The translations under genes were made by a program, and so were the position numbers. A model generated the notes under the pieces. The model searched no databases and was not told the origin of the DNA. It worked only from the letters and a program-made list of their open reading frames with translations. From positions 6,263 through 70,262 of IMG/VR virus record IMGVR_UViG_3300047476_000779: a stretch of 64,000 nt of DNA; one strand, written 5' to 3'. This DNA is from a virus. Positions within the stretch are counted from its first letter, which is position 1; each line of letters opens with the position of its first letter. Shown piece after piece: positions 44,856 to 55,244 of the stretch.

Positions 44856-46202
44856 ATGTCCGCAAGTTGGATTAAAAAGCTGAATGAATCTGACAGTCGC
44901 CTTCACAAAGAGGACGTACTGAAACAAGCGTTGGCGGCCGCAACCCTCGGCTCTATTAACTCACAAATTTTTCTGGGCTTGACTAAAGCCTGTTATAATC
45001 CATTCGTCACGTTTGGTGTACGCAAGGTACCTGATACTGTTGGTATCGTTGACTCGGAAAATCCCTGGGGTGAATTCAATGAATTGCTTACTAAACTCAG
45101 TAAGCGTGAACTCACCGGTAACGCCGCACTAACTGCTATTGATAACATGTCTGAGCGTTTTGACAGTATTGAGTGGAATACATTCTGTGCTCCAGTCATT
45201 CGCCGAGACCTTCGTGCGGGTATCAGTGACAAGACTATCAACAAAATCTGTAAAAAGACTGACTACGAAATTCCAATCTTTGGTTGTCAACTTGCTACAA
45301 GTTCAGAAGGGCGCCCTGAAATGAAGGGTATCAAGCGACTTGAGCCTAAGTTGGACGGTGTGCGTGTGATTTTGATGGTCATCCCCAATGACATGGGTGA
45401 AGTTGTTACTGCTTGCTATAGCCGCAACGGCAAAATCTTTGAGAACTTTACTCACATCGAGGAACAGGTTCAGTCTAACTTTACAAAACTTGTTCGCACT
45501 ATCAAAAACAAATACGGTGGCGCATTTGTTGACGGCTTTGTGCTTGACGGTGAAGTAATCGGCAATACATTCCAAGAACTTATGCGACAAGCGCGCCGCA
45601 AAACCGACGCACAAGCTGATGACAGTGTGTTTAACATCTTTGACATTCTGCCGCTAGCTGATTTCCGTCGTGGTCACTGGAATGCTCAACTTGAAAAGCG
45701 TGTAGAAATTCTCAATGGCATGCGAAGTGTCGTTGACGAAATGCCCAACGTTGAACTGCTCCCGCACATTATGGTTGATCTTGACACTGCCGCAGGCAAG
45801 GATCAACTTGAGCGTTACGCTAAGGATCAAGTGAACGCGGGATTTGAAGGTATCATGATTAAGGATATGAATAGTCCTTATGAATGTAAGCGCAATACTT
45901 CTTGGATGAAGTGGAAGCCTGTTATCACTGTTGACTTGGAGGTCGTAGGTGTTGAAGAAGGTACTGGACGTAATGTCGGACGCCTGGGAGCACTTGTTTG
46001 CGCAGGTATGGATGACGGAAAAGAAATTTCAGTCAACGTTGGTAGTGGTTTTAGTGACGATGACCGAGATAACTATTGGCGTGATAGTCAGTTTATCATT
46101 GGTCGCACTGCTGAAATCTTGTGTGACGTAATCACACAAAACCAAGATGGCACTTACAGTTTGCGTTTCCCTCGCTTTGTTCGCTTCCGTGATGACAAGT
46201 AA
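44856..46202 (+). CDS. ATP-dependent DNA ligase
   Basis: Adenylation motif I KLDGVR (IKRLEPKLDGVRVIL). RBS AGGAGAA. Confidence 0.75.
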   Translation: MSASWIKKLNESDSRLHKEDVLKQALAAATLGSINSQIFLGLTKACYNPFVTFGVRKVPDTVGIVDSENPWGEFNELLTKLSKRELTGNAALTAIDNMSERFDSIEWNTFCAPVIRRDLRAGISDKTINKICKKTDYEIPIFGCQLATSSEGRPEMKGIKRLEPKLDGVRVILMVIPNDMGEVVTACYSRNGKIFENFTHIEEQVQSNFTKLVRTIKNKYGGAFVDGFVLDGEVIGNTFQELMRQARRKTDAQADDSVFNIFDILPLADFRRGHWNAQLEKRVEILNGMRSVVDEMPNVELLPHIMVDLDTAAGKDQLERYAKDQVNAGFEGIMIKDMNSPYECKRNTSWMKWKPVITVDLEVVGVEEGTGRNVGRLGALVCAGMDDGKEISVNVGSGFSDDDRDNYWRDSQFIIGRTAEILCDVITQNQDGTYSLRFPRFVRFRDDK

Positions 46203-46330
46203 GGTCATTGTTCCTAGACTAGTTGACCATTTGTGGTATCCCATACTAGTTAAAGCAGGTGGTGGACACGTTATTCGTGAGTTACAGGGTAAGAGTGTCA
46301 ATGACTGGAACGACATGGTAAGGAAACAAA

Positions 46331-46531
46331 ATGAGTTGCACACATCAAACAACAAAAGAATATTGGGTAGATGAATTTGAAAATGACTGGGGGTATACAG
46401 AGCCCGGTCATTGGGAACGTGAAACTGTATCAACTACAGTGGACATTGACATTGGTCGCTACAAGTGTACACAATGCGGTGAAGTAATGTATTACACTGG
46501 CACTTGGCGTAAGCATTGGGAGGGAGCATGA
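46331..46531 (+). CDS. small zinc-ribbon protein
   Basis: CTQCGEVMYYTG (CxxC) together with an upstream Cys/His. Confidence 0.4.
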   Translation: MSCTHQTTKEYWVDEFENDWGYTEPGHWERETVSTTVDIDIGRYKCTQCGEVMYYTGTWRKHWEGA

Positions 46532-47037
46532 ACTGGACAGCAGGCATTTTAGCATTCATACTGTTTTGGGTTCCAATGGCAATTATCTTTGTCAGGTTCC
46601 ACAAAGAGAACAAAGAGATTGATCGTAAGTACGAAGAAAAGATTCGTAAGATTGAAGAACGCTATGGAGTGAAACGATGATTCCATACACTGACTATGAA
46701 AAGATTCTTCTGCTGGAAGAACTTGAGCGAGGTGATAAGGTTGTCATTCCCAGTAGTTTGGAACATGCTGAGTTTATGATTAAGGTAGCGCAAGGCTATA
46801 TTAATGAACACAAAGAAAAAATGTTGGAAATTTTAAAGGCTTAATTATGATTCGTGTATTCTTTTTATTTGTAGTACTTTTTATTGTATTTGGCGCACTG
46901 ATTCAGGGTTTCCGAGTTATGACCGGAAAGCAGGCTTTGGTGTTGACAAAAATTGCTGGTTATAGTATACTAGCATCTTCACTCGCATTAGCAGTGATGT
47001 TTGGTTTGGTAATTCTTTTTTAAATTAAGGACTCATA

Positions 47038-47835
47038 ATGAATCGTTTTCTGAAACTCTCTTTTGTCGTTGCCGCTGTCGCACTGACTAGCGCATGTACC
47101 CGTATCGAGACCGGTGAAGTTGGTCTTCGCCGAGATATTAATAAACAGGTCAGTACTCAAGAACTGTTGCCCGGTTCTTGGAATCAAACATTGATCGGTG
47201 AGGTTATGACTTTCCCTGTCAAGGACGTTAACGTCAAGTTGGATGACATGACTCCCCTTGCGAAAGACAATAGCACAATGAAAGATTTTGATGCTGTGGT
47301 TATCTATAACTTGAATCAGGCACAGGTCGCGGAGTTGTATAACAGTAAGAGCCGAGCGTTCCACGTTGAACACAAGGGCGACACTTATCTGATGTATAAC
47401 TATGTTATGCAAATCGCACGTAATAGCATTTACAAAGCCGCACGTGATTACGAAGCATTGGACATGGCAGACAATCGCCAACCAATTGAGACTAAGGTTA
47501 AGGAACTGATGCAAAAAGCATTGGCAGAAGAAAAATTAGACGGAGCATTGTCTATTACTCAAGTTCTTGTTCGTAACGTTGTTCCGGCTGACAGTGTTGT
47601 TCAAAGTGCCAACGACTTGGTTCGTAGTAAGAATGAATTGAAACAGAAAGAAGTTGAAGTTAAGACTGCCGAAGCAGAAGCCCGTCGAATGGCAGCATTG
47701 GCTAATAACAGTGCTAGTTCTATCGCATTCATGAATGCTCAGGCCGCACTGAATATCAGTGAAGGTATTAAGAACGGTAAGGTTCAGACTATCGTTGTTC
47801 CTAGCAACATGACATCGTTGATGTTGCCTAAGTGA
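47038..47835 (+). CDS. lipoprotein, possibly SPFH/band-7-like
   Basis: Lipobox LTSAC after the signal peptide MNRFLKLSFVVAAVA. Long coiled C-terminus. Confidence 0.45.
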   Translation: MNRFLKLSFVVAAVALTSACTRIETGEVGLRRDINKQVSTQELLPGSWNQTLIGEVMTFPVKDVNVKLDDMTPLAKDNSTMKDFDAVVIYNLNQAQVAELYNSKSRAFHVEHKGDTYLMYNYVMQIARNSIYKAARDYEALDMADNRQPIETKVKELMQKALAEEKLDGALSITQVLVRNVVPADSVVQSANDLVRSKNELKQKEVEVKTAEAEARRMAALANNSASSIAFMNAQAALNISEGIKNGKVQTIVVPSNMTSLMLPK

Positions 47836-47943
47836 TATCATGCTGAGTAAAGTAATAGGCTTCATATTGACTGCACTTGTTGTATTTGGTATGAGCCTAT
47901 TACTCATTCCAATCGCAGGTATCGTGTTTGGTCTGATTAAGAA

Positions 47944-48477
47944 ATGGATAGTGTGATGGAAAATTTTATTGGTTGGATGCTTATGCTACTGATTCCAGTA
48001 GTAACTGTATTTGTTGTAGTACGTGGCATTAAGTATTTTAAACTCAGGCGTGAGCGCAAGGCTCAAAAAATCCGAGAAGAACTAGAACAAGCAAAAGCCC
48101 GTGCTAAACAAGTAAAAGAAGAATGGCGTCAGAAATTGCGCGGTGCGACACATATAGGCAATACTAGATACGATTACCACACTGACACATCTACGACTGT
48201 CGTAAAAAATCAAGCAACTGGTTCTAGAGTGTCTTACGTACATACTCGTGATGACGGACCAGACATTCTTACTACATTGATTGTAGCCGATCTATTGAAC
48301 AATAACAAATCGTCATCCAGCGGTACTGTTAATTGGAATAATGATATTCCTAGCATTGAACCCGAAGAAAGAAAATCTTCTAGTAGTAGCTGGAGTAGCA
48401 GTAGCAGTGATGATATTGGTTCTAGTAGTTCCTGGGACAGTAGTTCTAGTTCTAGTTCAAGTTCTAGTTGGGATTAA
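47944..48477 (+). CDS. membrane protein with Ser/Trp-rich repetitive C-terminus
   Basis: N-terminal TM helix. C-terminal SSSSSWSSSSSDD..SSSSWDSSSSSSSSSSWD. Confidence 0.45.
   Translation: MDSVMENFIGWMLMLLIPVVTVFVVVRGIKYFKLRRERKAQKIREELEQAKARAKQVKEEWRQKLRGATHIGNTRYDYHTDTSTTVVKNQATGSRVSYVHTRDDGPDILTTLIVADLLNNNKSSSSGTVNWNNDIPSIEPEERKSSSSSWSSSSSDDIGSSSSWDSSSSSSSSSSWD
48378..48474 (+). repeat. simple-sequence (AGT/AGC/TCT)n tract encoding the poly-Ser tail
   Basis: Runs of agtagtagc, agtagcagtagcagt and agttctagttctagttcaagttctagt. Confidence 0.6.
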
Positions 48478-48759
48478 TTATGATGACACTACAAGAATTT
48501 AGTATGTTTGTCACTGGAGTATTCTGGGGCATCTTTATCATCAAACCTCTATATGACATAGTGGTTAAAATTTACAAAAACGCAAAGGAAAGACAATGAA
48601 TAAATTTCGTCAATGGTATTTGACCTACAGTAATGAAATCACCTGGTTTCTTATTGGTCTGCTAGTGTCCGGTGGTATTGACTCATTGGCGCGTGGGCAT
48701 TATGGCAACGCCGCACTGAGTTTCGGTATCGCATATCTCAACTACTTTTTCAACAAGCG

Positions 48760-49080
48760 ATGAAAACAATTCCCAACAAGTTCCGTCCAAGTTCAAGCAT
48801 GGACACTAAGAGCGTCATGAAGGATCGACTTAAAATGGGTCGCACTGACAATTACAACTGGCAAAGCCGTATTGAGTGGTATCCTGTTGGGTTTAAGTTG
48901 AATCATAAAACGATCTTCAAGCAATTTGGTAAACTTCACTATCTTGCTTGTCACAGTCCTGAGCCTGTCACAAAGAAATGGCAGAAGGCTTACGACAATT
49001 TTTACAAGAAACACTTTGGCGCATTCAAAGGCGCAAGTGTCCGATATCTCAACAAATACTCTTGTCACAGTTGGCTATGA
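48760..49080 (+). CDS. hypothetical protein
   Basis: 106-aa ORF. Confidence 0.4.
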   Translation: MKTIPNKFRPSSSMDTKSVMKDRLKMGRTDNYNWQSRIEWYPVGFKLNHKTIFKQFGKLHYLACHSPEPVTKKWQKAYDNFYKKHFGAFKGASVRYLNKYSCHSWL

Positions 49081-49294
49081 ATATCGACCATGAAAATACA
49101 GCTAGAGCATTAAAAGATCAACCCTTGTTTGCTACTAAGCAATGGTTATGTGCTTTCGGCATTCACACTTGGTTACAATGGGGTAAGGTTGCTATGAACA
49201 GGCGCGGGTCATATTCTATGGTTGAACAATATCGTTCTTGTGGTTGCTGTGGGAAAACACAGCGCAGAATGTTATCAAAGGAGATATCTGGATA

Positions 49295-49534
49295 ATGGCT
49301 AGTCTAGCAGAATATTTCAAACAAAACCGATATCAAGCAAAGTATGATATCGGTGATCGTGTTTTTGGTAAATGGAATAAGATTCCGTTCGTGGGCACAG
49401 TGGGCAATGATACCGTAATTAATGAGAATGAAGGTCCTCGTATTACGGTACATTTAGATTTACCAATTAAGTATCAGGACAAAGTTTATACTGTTATAAT
49501 TGTTAAACACAAAGATATAAAACCCTACAAATAA
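49295..49534 (+). CDS. hypothetical protein
   Basis: ATG 49295 with an AAAGGAGAT RBS. TAATG overlap with the upstream ORF (49077..49295). Confidence 0.4.
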   Translation: MASLAEYFKQNRYQAKYDIGDRVFGKWNKIPFVGTVGNDTVINENEGPRITVHLDLPIKYQDKVYTVIIVKHKDIKPYK

Positions 49535-49543
49535 GGAAAGATT

Positions 49544-50098
49544 ATGGTAACACTAGTAAAACATGAATGGCATCAAGTTGACGCCCAATTTGCATTTGAG
49601 TTAGATGCCGACAAGCTGAGTGAGATTTATCCTGACAAGGATGAAAATGAAATTGAGGAAATGCTACAGCAAATTGCTAACGGTGAAGTTGATCTTGAAG
49701 TACTTCTACAAGAAGCCTATGACAATGATGTAGAGATTGAATGGGATCGCCAATATGATGACTGGTGGACTGACCGTAAGGGTGGTTACGAAGTTACATT
49801 TGAAGTGGGTGACGAAGATAGTTGGCATTCATCCCCAGAAGAACCACCAGCAACACACAAGTGTACCAAGTGCCGTTGGGAAGGCAAGAGTTGGGAAAGT
49901 CGTACTGTTTATGTAAACGAACAAGGTGAAGTATTACCTGATGATTGTGACGAATGGCATGACACTAAAGATGCTTGCCCAATGTGTGATTCAAAGTTAG
50001 AATTAACTGAACACGGCGTTAGTGAAGAAAACGCAAAGAGAAAACGCATGGCAGAAATAGAGGCTATGTTTGATGAAGATGACGAGAATGACCAATGA
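49544..50098 (+). CDS. acidic protein with CxxC...CxxC zinc ribbon
   Basis: CTKCRWEG ... CPMCDS. Confidence 0.45.
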   Translation: MVTLVKHEWHQVDAQFAFELDADKLSEIYPDKDENEIEEMLQQIANGEVDLEVLLQEAYDNDVEIEWDRQYDDWWTDRKGGYEVTFEVGDEDSWHSSPEEPPATHKCTKCRWEGKSWESRTVYVNEQGEVLPDDCDEWHDTKDACPMCDSKLELTEHGVSEENAKRKRMAEIEAMFDEDDENDQ

Positions 50099-50301
50099 CA
50101 GTAGATCAATTAGTGGGTAAATTCTACACATTTGATGATGAAAGTAAAATTGAAGTCATTCAAGTAAAGAAAACAGACGAAGATCGAGGTGGCAAACTCG
50201 TTACATATCATGTCACACAGGGTAAATATAGTTTACCTAGAAAATTAATAATGGGTGAAATTGAATTTATGAACACATTTGGGCATCTATTCAAAGACTA
50301 A
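50095..50301 (+). CDS. hypothetical protein
   Basis: 68-aa ORF. Confidence 0.4.
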   Translation: MTVDQLVGKFYTFDDESKIEVIQVKKTDEDRGGKLVTYHVTQGKYSLPRKLIMGEIEFMNTFGHLFKD

Positions 50302-50309
50302 ATATTTTA

Positions 50310-52007
50310 ATGTTCAAAAAAATTGTAAATCTACCTAATTTAACACTGTTAGTGGCGCTGTCATTGAGCACAGTAGCCGCATATTACAGTATCATTGGAT
50401 TAACCGCTATCTTTGCAGGTGCGGTTATTCCTGTCATCATCATGGGGTCTATGCTAGAAGTAGCAAAGATCACTACAACAGTGTGGCTACGTAAGTACTG
50501 GAATAAATGTAGCTGGGTACTCAAGTTATATCTAGTTCCTGCTGTAGTAGCACTAGCATTACTAACCTCTATGGGTATCTTTGGATTCTTATCTAAAGCT
50601 CACATGGATCAAGGAATCACCTCAGGTGATGTACAAGCAAAGCTATCGCTATATGATGAAAAAATCAAGACTCAACGTGATAACATTGAATTGGCGCGTA
50701 AGGCACTTCAACAGATGGATGCTCAGGTCGATCAGCGACTTTCACGTTCTGATAGTGAGCAGGCTGCTGAACGTGCTGTTCAAATTCGTAGACAACAAGC
50801 AGGTGAACGTACTAAGTTACAAAAAGAAATAGGTGAGGCACAGAAAGAGATACAAAAACTCAACGAAGAACGTGCTCCTATCGCTGCAGAGAATCGTAAA
50901 GTAGAAGCCGAGGTTGGTCCTGTCAAATACATTGCCGCATTGATTTACGGAGATAACGCAGATACAAACATGCTTGAGGCTGCTGTACGCTGGGTTATTA
51001 TTTTACTTGTTGTTGTTTTTGACCCATTAGCTATCGCATTAGTATTAGCGGGTAATCAAAGTAAAGAATGGCTGTTAGAAAATACCGAAGATGATAAAGA
51101 ATCCGAGAATTCTGTTACTGATAAACTGATTGCCCGTGGTATTGATGCCGATGAAGAAGAAAGACTAGTAAGAGAAGCAAACGAAAAGATTGCCGAAATC
51201 GAACCTGAAGTTAACGAGCCTATAATCAATGTACCTATGAAATTCGTAGACTTAGGGGAACACCCTAAGGATCACGATGAAAAATCTCTAGAGGAACCTA
51301 TTATCGAAGAACAACTACCCGAACCAGATGTAGTTGTCAAAGAACAGGAGAAGTCGATATTAGAACAACATCCCTATCTCACTACAGGTTTCTCACATTT
51401 TCAAAATCTAGAGCCAATGGTTTATAAACCAGAAACTGAACCAGAATCCCTAGAAGAAGATGTAGCTGTTGTTAATGAAGAAACAGTTCCGGAAGAAATA
51501 GTAGACGAAGAACCTAAAGTAGAAATTCTAGCAGTGGGAATCGATCCAGTCGAACGCCCAGGTGATTACCTAACAGCAGACTCCACTGAGATAATGACAG
51601 AAGGTGTCACGCAAGAAAATCCGATCACATTACTAGAAAGTGGATATGTAATGTATGACGGTAAGCAAATGACCAGAGAAGTCATGAAGGATATGCATCC
51701 AGAACTCTTTAGGTTAAGACCTGATTTGGGTAGAAAAGTAGATACTAACTTTGGTTCTAAATTTCCTGAGTATGCCCAAAAAGGAGATGTCTTTGTGCGA
51801 GTTGACGCATTGCCCAATCGTGTATACAAATTTGATGGCAAACGATGGATCGAGGTGAACAAGGACCGTTCAGACTCATACCTTCATGACCAAAAGTACA
51901 TAGAATATCTAGTGGAAATGATAGACAAAGGTGAGTACGATGTTGAACTATTGTCCGATCATGAACGAGACCAGATTTCGGAATTCCTAAACAAGAAAAA
52001 ACATTGA
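50310..52007 (+). CDS. multi-pass membrane protein with long coiled-coil/acidic periplasmic or cytoplasmic region
   Basis: Three to four N-terminal TM helices, then a coiled coil (QAKLSLYDEKIKTQRDNIELARKALQQMDAQ...) and an acidic segment. Confidence 0.5.
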   Translation: MFKKIVNLPNLTLLVALSLSTVAAYYSIIGLTAIFAGAVIPVIIMGSMLEVAKITTTVWLRKYWNKCSWVLKLYLVPAVVALALLTSMGIFGFLSKAHMDQGITSGDVQAKLSLYDEKIKTQRDNIELARKALQQMDAQVDQRLSRSDSEQAAERAVQIRRQQAGERTKLQKEIGEAQKEIQKLNEERAPIAAENRKVEAEVGPVKYIAALIYGDNADTNMLEAAVRWVIILLVVVFDPLAIALVLAGNQSKEWLLENTEDDKESENSVTDKLIARGIDADEEERLVREANEKIAEIEPEVNEPIINVPMKFVDLGEHPKDHDEKSLEEPIIEEQLPEPDVVVKEQEKSILEQHPYLTTGFSHFQNLEPMVYKPETEPESLEEDVAVVNEETVPEEIVDEEPKVEILAVGIDPVERPGDYLTADSTEIMTEGVTQENPITLLESGYVMYDGKQMTREVMKDMHPELFRLRPDLGRKVDTNFGSKFPEYAQKGDVFVRVDALPNRVYKFDGKRWIEVNKDRSDSYLHDQKYIEYLVEMIDKGEYDVELLSDHERDQISEFLNKKKH

Positions 52008-52032
52008 CAATAATACCCCAATATGTTATACT
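52004..52032 (+). promoter_or_regulatory. sigma70-like promoter TTGACA-17-TATACT
   Basis: -35 at 52004-52009, -10 at 52027-52032. Upstream of the lipoprotein gene. Confidence 0.6.
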
Positions 52033-52061
52033 ATATTCATTGTAACTTATTGGGGATTTTT

Positions 52062-52697
52062 ATGAAACTCGCTGTTATTGTTGTAGCTTTGTCATTGTCG
52101 GTAGTTGGATGTTCAACTACTAAACGAGGTGAGGGTGAACTTGATAGTATTCGCACACAGAAACTATCGACCTCTTTCCGTGAAGACACAATCCGTATCG
52201 AAACTGACTGTCGCTGGTACACTCTTGACAAAAGCAATTGTGAAATTATCTCAATTGAATCTGTCGCTACTGCTAGCGCAAACGGCAACACAGAAAGCAA
52301 CCGTCGCACTGCGTTAATTCGAGCAGGCGATAAGGCACGTGCTCAGGTTCGTCACTTCATTCAGGAAGATGTGTCTAGCTCTCGGGTGTCAACTACACTG
52401 GCTAAAAACGTTGAGAAGGCAAACGACCGTCTCAAATCACGTACAAATGTAGGTGAGATTGTCGCTATGTCAGATACTGACGCAAGCAAAGACACTAACT
52501 TTTCTATCCGCGAAAACTCAAACGATACTGCCTACAACTTACAAGAAACTATTCGTGTGAATGCTAGTGGTATTCTGCGTGGCTTCAAAGTTGTAAAACA
52601 AGAAGTCGTAGGCGCACAAGAAGTATCAGTAACTATCCGTTGGGACAAAGAATCTGAACGATTCTCTAATCAATTGCGTAAAAAATTCGGTAGCTAA
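52062..52697 (+). CDS. lipoprotein
   Basis: MKLAVIVVALSLSVVGCS lipobox. ATG 52062. Confidence 0.5.
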   Translation: MKLAVIVVALSLSVVGCSTTKRGEGELDSIRTQKLSTSFREDTIRIETDCRWYTLDKSNCEIISIESVATASANGNTESNRRTALIRAGDKARAQVRHFIQEDVSSSRVSTTLAKNVEKANDRLKSRTNVGEIVAMSDTDASKDTNFSIRENSNDTAYNLQETIRVNASGILRGFKVVKQEVVGAQEVSVTIRWDKESERFSNQLRKKFGS

Positions 52698-52699
52698 TC

Positions 52700-53692
52700 A
52701 TGCGCTGGATCGTTTTGGTCTGTGCTATTCTAGCCGGCTGTGCTAGTACCTCAAAACCTAACTACATTAGAGCTACGGGTACTGGCACCACACTAGAAGA
52801 AGCCAAACAAATCGCATTTCGTGATGCCATTGAATATCAGATAGGTACAATGGTATTGAGTGAACGAGAATCATCAAAACATGATTTAATCAAGAATCAA
52901 ATTCTTGTTCATAGCGCAGGCTACGTGGACGACTTTAAAATAATTAATACCATCAAAAGCAACGGACAAACCACAGTAACTATGGATGTACTGGTTGCTA
53001 GTAGCAAGATTGATAATCAGATATTGTCATCTGGTAAATCTAGTAATAACTTTGACGGTAACAGACACGATGCCCAATACTCAACACTAGTCAAAGAGAG
53101 AATTCAAGGTGACTTGATATTGGATAATTTCCTGAGAGGATATCCTACTAAAGCGTACAAGATCAAACAACAAAAGTATACCGTTTCAGTAGATAATTAC
53201 AGAAATTTAGTATTAAACGTACCGTATGAACTATCTTGGAACTTTGAATACATCAAATCATTAAGATCGTTATTGGATACTATTGAAGATGGTAGTAATG
53301 GTATATTAAAGCATTCTCCCGGCAACGTGACGATCATGGCAAAGGATCCCAAAGATTTTGTTTTAGGTGAGAGAACTATTCATAGATTCAATGACATTTC
53401 ACGTGTAAACAAAATACAACAAGGAATGACCAATAGTAGTGAACTGCGGTTAAAGCTGACGATTACTGACTATGGTAACAATAGATTGTTTTCACGATGC
53501 TGGGCACCGGCAAGTATATCTGGGTACGGGTCTTTCTATGCTATTGGGTCAGTGACTGATATTAGAATCTACGGCAATCATAAAGAAAAGCAGGTAATAA
53601 ACTTTACAGTGCCGAGTAACCTAACTAGTATGATTAATAGGTTTTCTAGTGTAGAATTGAACGTAGTTGCTGAACGTGACTGTCAAAAATAA
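52700..53692 (+). CDS. lipoprotein (LPP20-like N-terminal region?)
   Basis: MRWIVLVCAILAGCAS lipobox. Confidence 0.5.
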   Translation: MRWIVLVCAILAGCASTSKPNYIRATGTGTTLEEAKQIAFRDAIEYQIGTMVLSERESSKHDLIKNQILVHSAGYVDDFKIINTIKSNGQTTVTMDVLVASSKIDNQILSSGKSSNNFDGNRHDAQYSTLVKERIQGDLILDNFLRGYPTKAYKIKQQKYTVSVDNYRNLVLNVPYELSWNFEYIKSLRSLLDTIEDGSNGILKHSPGNVTIMAKDPKDFVLGERTIHRFNDISRVNKIQQGMTNSSELRLKLTITDYGNNRLFSRCWAPASISGYGSFYAIGSVTDIRIYGNHKEKQVINFTVPSNLTSMINRFSSVELNVVAERDCQK

Positions 53693-53722
53693 ACAGATAA
53701 CACAATAAAGATAAGTATAATT

Positions 53723-54925
53723 ATGTCAACTGATGGAAAACTAACTCACTGTTCCTTTTGTGGAAATCACAAAGATATCGTTAAAAAATTGATCGTAGGC
53801 GACGATGTGGCTATTTGTAGCGACTGTATTGAACTATGTACTCAATTGATTGTAGACGATTCTTCCGTAGAATCAGAAGTAAAAAAAGATATAGGTCATT
53901 ATGACCCGTCATCTATCAAAGAATTCTTAGACTTACATGTGATTGGTCAAGACTCGGCCAAATCAGTATTAAGTGTAGCTATTGCTAATCACTATAAACG
54001 TATAACATACCCACCGAAAGACTTAGAAATAAGTAAGGGCAATGTATTAATCATTGGGCCAACTGGATCGGGAAAGACTCTGTTGGCAAAAACTGTAGCG
54101 AAGTACTTGGGTGTACCCTTTGTTGTTACTGATGCTACTAGCTTAACCGAAGCGGGCTATGTAGGTGATGATGTCGAATCCATGATTAGCATGTTAGTAA
54201 ATGCGGCAGGTGGAGACAAAGACCTAGCAGAACGCGGTATTGTATTCATTGACGAAATCGATAAGATTGCTAGAAAAGGTGAATCATCAAGTATCACCCG
54301 TGATGTGTCCGGTGAAGGTGTACAGCAAGCACTACTCAAGTTAGTCGAGGGTACAACTTGTCGCATTCCCGCCGGTGGTGGTAGAAAGCATCCCGGTGGC
54401 GATATGCTAGAAATCAACACAAAGAATATATTGTTTATTGCCGGTGGCGCATTCGTGGGTGTGAAGGATATCATTAACAGTCGAACTAATGGTACAAGTA
54501 TTGGTTTTTCAGCTACGATTAAAGACAAAACACACCAGTTTAGTTTAAGTAATGTTAGCCCTGATGATTTGACTAAATTCGGTATGATTCCTGAATTTAT
54601 CGGTAGATTCACTACTACAGTTAGTATCGAGGATTTGACAAAAGAGCAATTAGTTAAGGTTCTTACTGGAGTTAAGAATAACTATATTGACCAATATAAG
54701 TATTTGTTTAGCATCGATGGTATTGACCTTGAATTTGATAACGTTGCTCTGGAGCAAATAGCTGAGAACTGTTTGAAACTCAAAACCGGAGCACGTGGAC
54801 TGCATACCGAAATTGAGCGTGTATTAATGCCACACATGTTCAACACTAAAAAATATCGTGAAAATAATATAACAAAGATAAATATTAATCAGGAGCAGAT
54901 TTTAAATCCAAAAGCTATTATATGA
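53723..54925 (+). CDS. clpX: ClpX-like AAA+ unfoldase
   Basis: N-terminal C4 zinc-binding domain CSFCGN...CSDCIELC. Walker A GPTGSGKTLLAKTVAKYLGVPF. Walker B VFIDEIDKI. Confidence 0.9.
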   Translation: MSTDGKLTHCSFCGNHKDIVKKLIVGDDVAICSDCIELCTQLIVDDSSVESEVKKDIGHYDPSSIKEFLDLHVIGQDSAKSVLSVAIANHYKRITYPPKDLEISKGNVLIIGPTGSGKTLLAKTVAKYLGVPFVVTDATSLTEAGYVGDDVESMISMLVNAAGGDKDLAERGIVFIDEIDKIARKGESSSITRDVSGEGVQQALLKLVEGTTCRIPAGGGRKHPGGDMLEINTKNILFIAGGAFVGVKDIINSRTNGTSIGFSATIKDKTHQFSLSNVSPDDLTKFGMIPEFIGRFTTTVSIEDLTKEQLVKVLTGVKNNYIDQYKYLFSIDGIDLEFDNVALEQIAENCLKLKTGARGLHTEIERVLMPHMFNTKKYRENNITKININQEQILNPKAII

Positions 54926-55140
54926 AAAAGGGAAGACGAGTTATTGTACAAGACGGCAACGTAGAGAAAGCGTTGCGTAAATTTAAAAAGAAGATTGCGG
55001 ATACGGATCTTCTTCAAGAGGTTCGTGACCGTCAACAATTTATCAAACCTACAATTAAACGTAAAATAGCAAAAAGTCAAGCGAAACGTAGGTGGCAAAA
55101 ATATCTACGTGACCAAAGTTTGCCTAAGAAACTGTTCTAA
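54922..55140 (+). CDS. rpsU: ribosomal protein bS21 homologue
   Basis: VQDGNVEKALRKFKKKIADTDLLQEVRDRQQFIKPTIKRKIAKSQAKRRWQKY matches the S21 family. ATGA overlap with the clpX stop. Confidence 0.85.
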   Translation: MKKGRRVIVQDGNVEKALRKFKKKIADTDLLQEVRDRQQFIKPTIKRKIAKSQAKRRWQKYLRDQSLPKKLF

Positions 55141-55244
55141 CCAAAATATTAGATTTTTTTGCGTATTTTTTATAAAATAAATACGTATTCAGATGCCGAT
55201 GGTCGGGTCTGAAAATGTCATCTTGCTTAATAAAGGAGAAAAAT

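Noticed and set aside
55141-55244. Sigma32 heat-shock promoter upstream of hsp20
   Set aside because: I looked for CTTGAA-(13-15)-CCCCATNT and found no acceptable match. Only an AT-rich leader with a palindrome is present.
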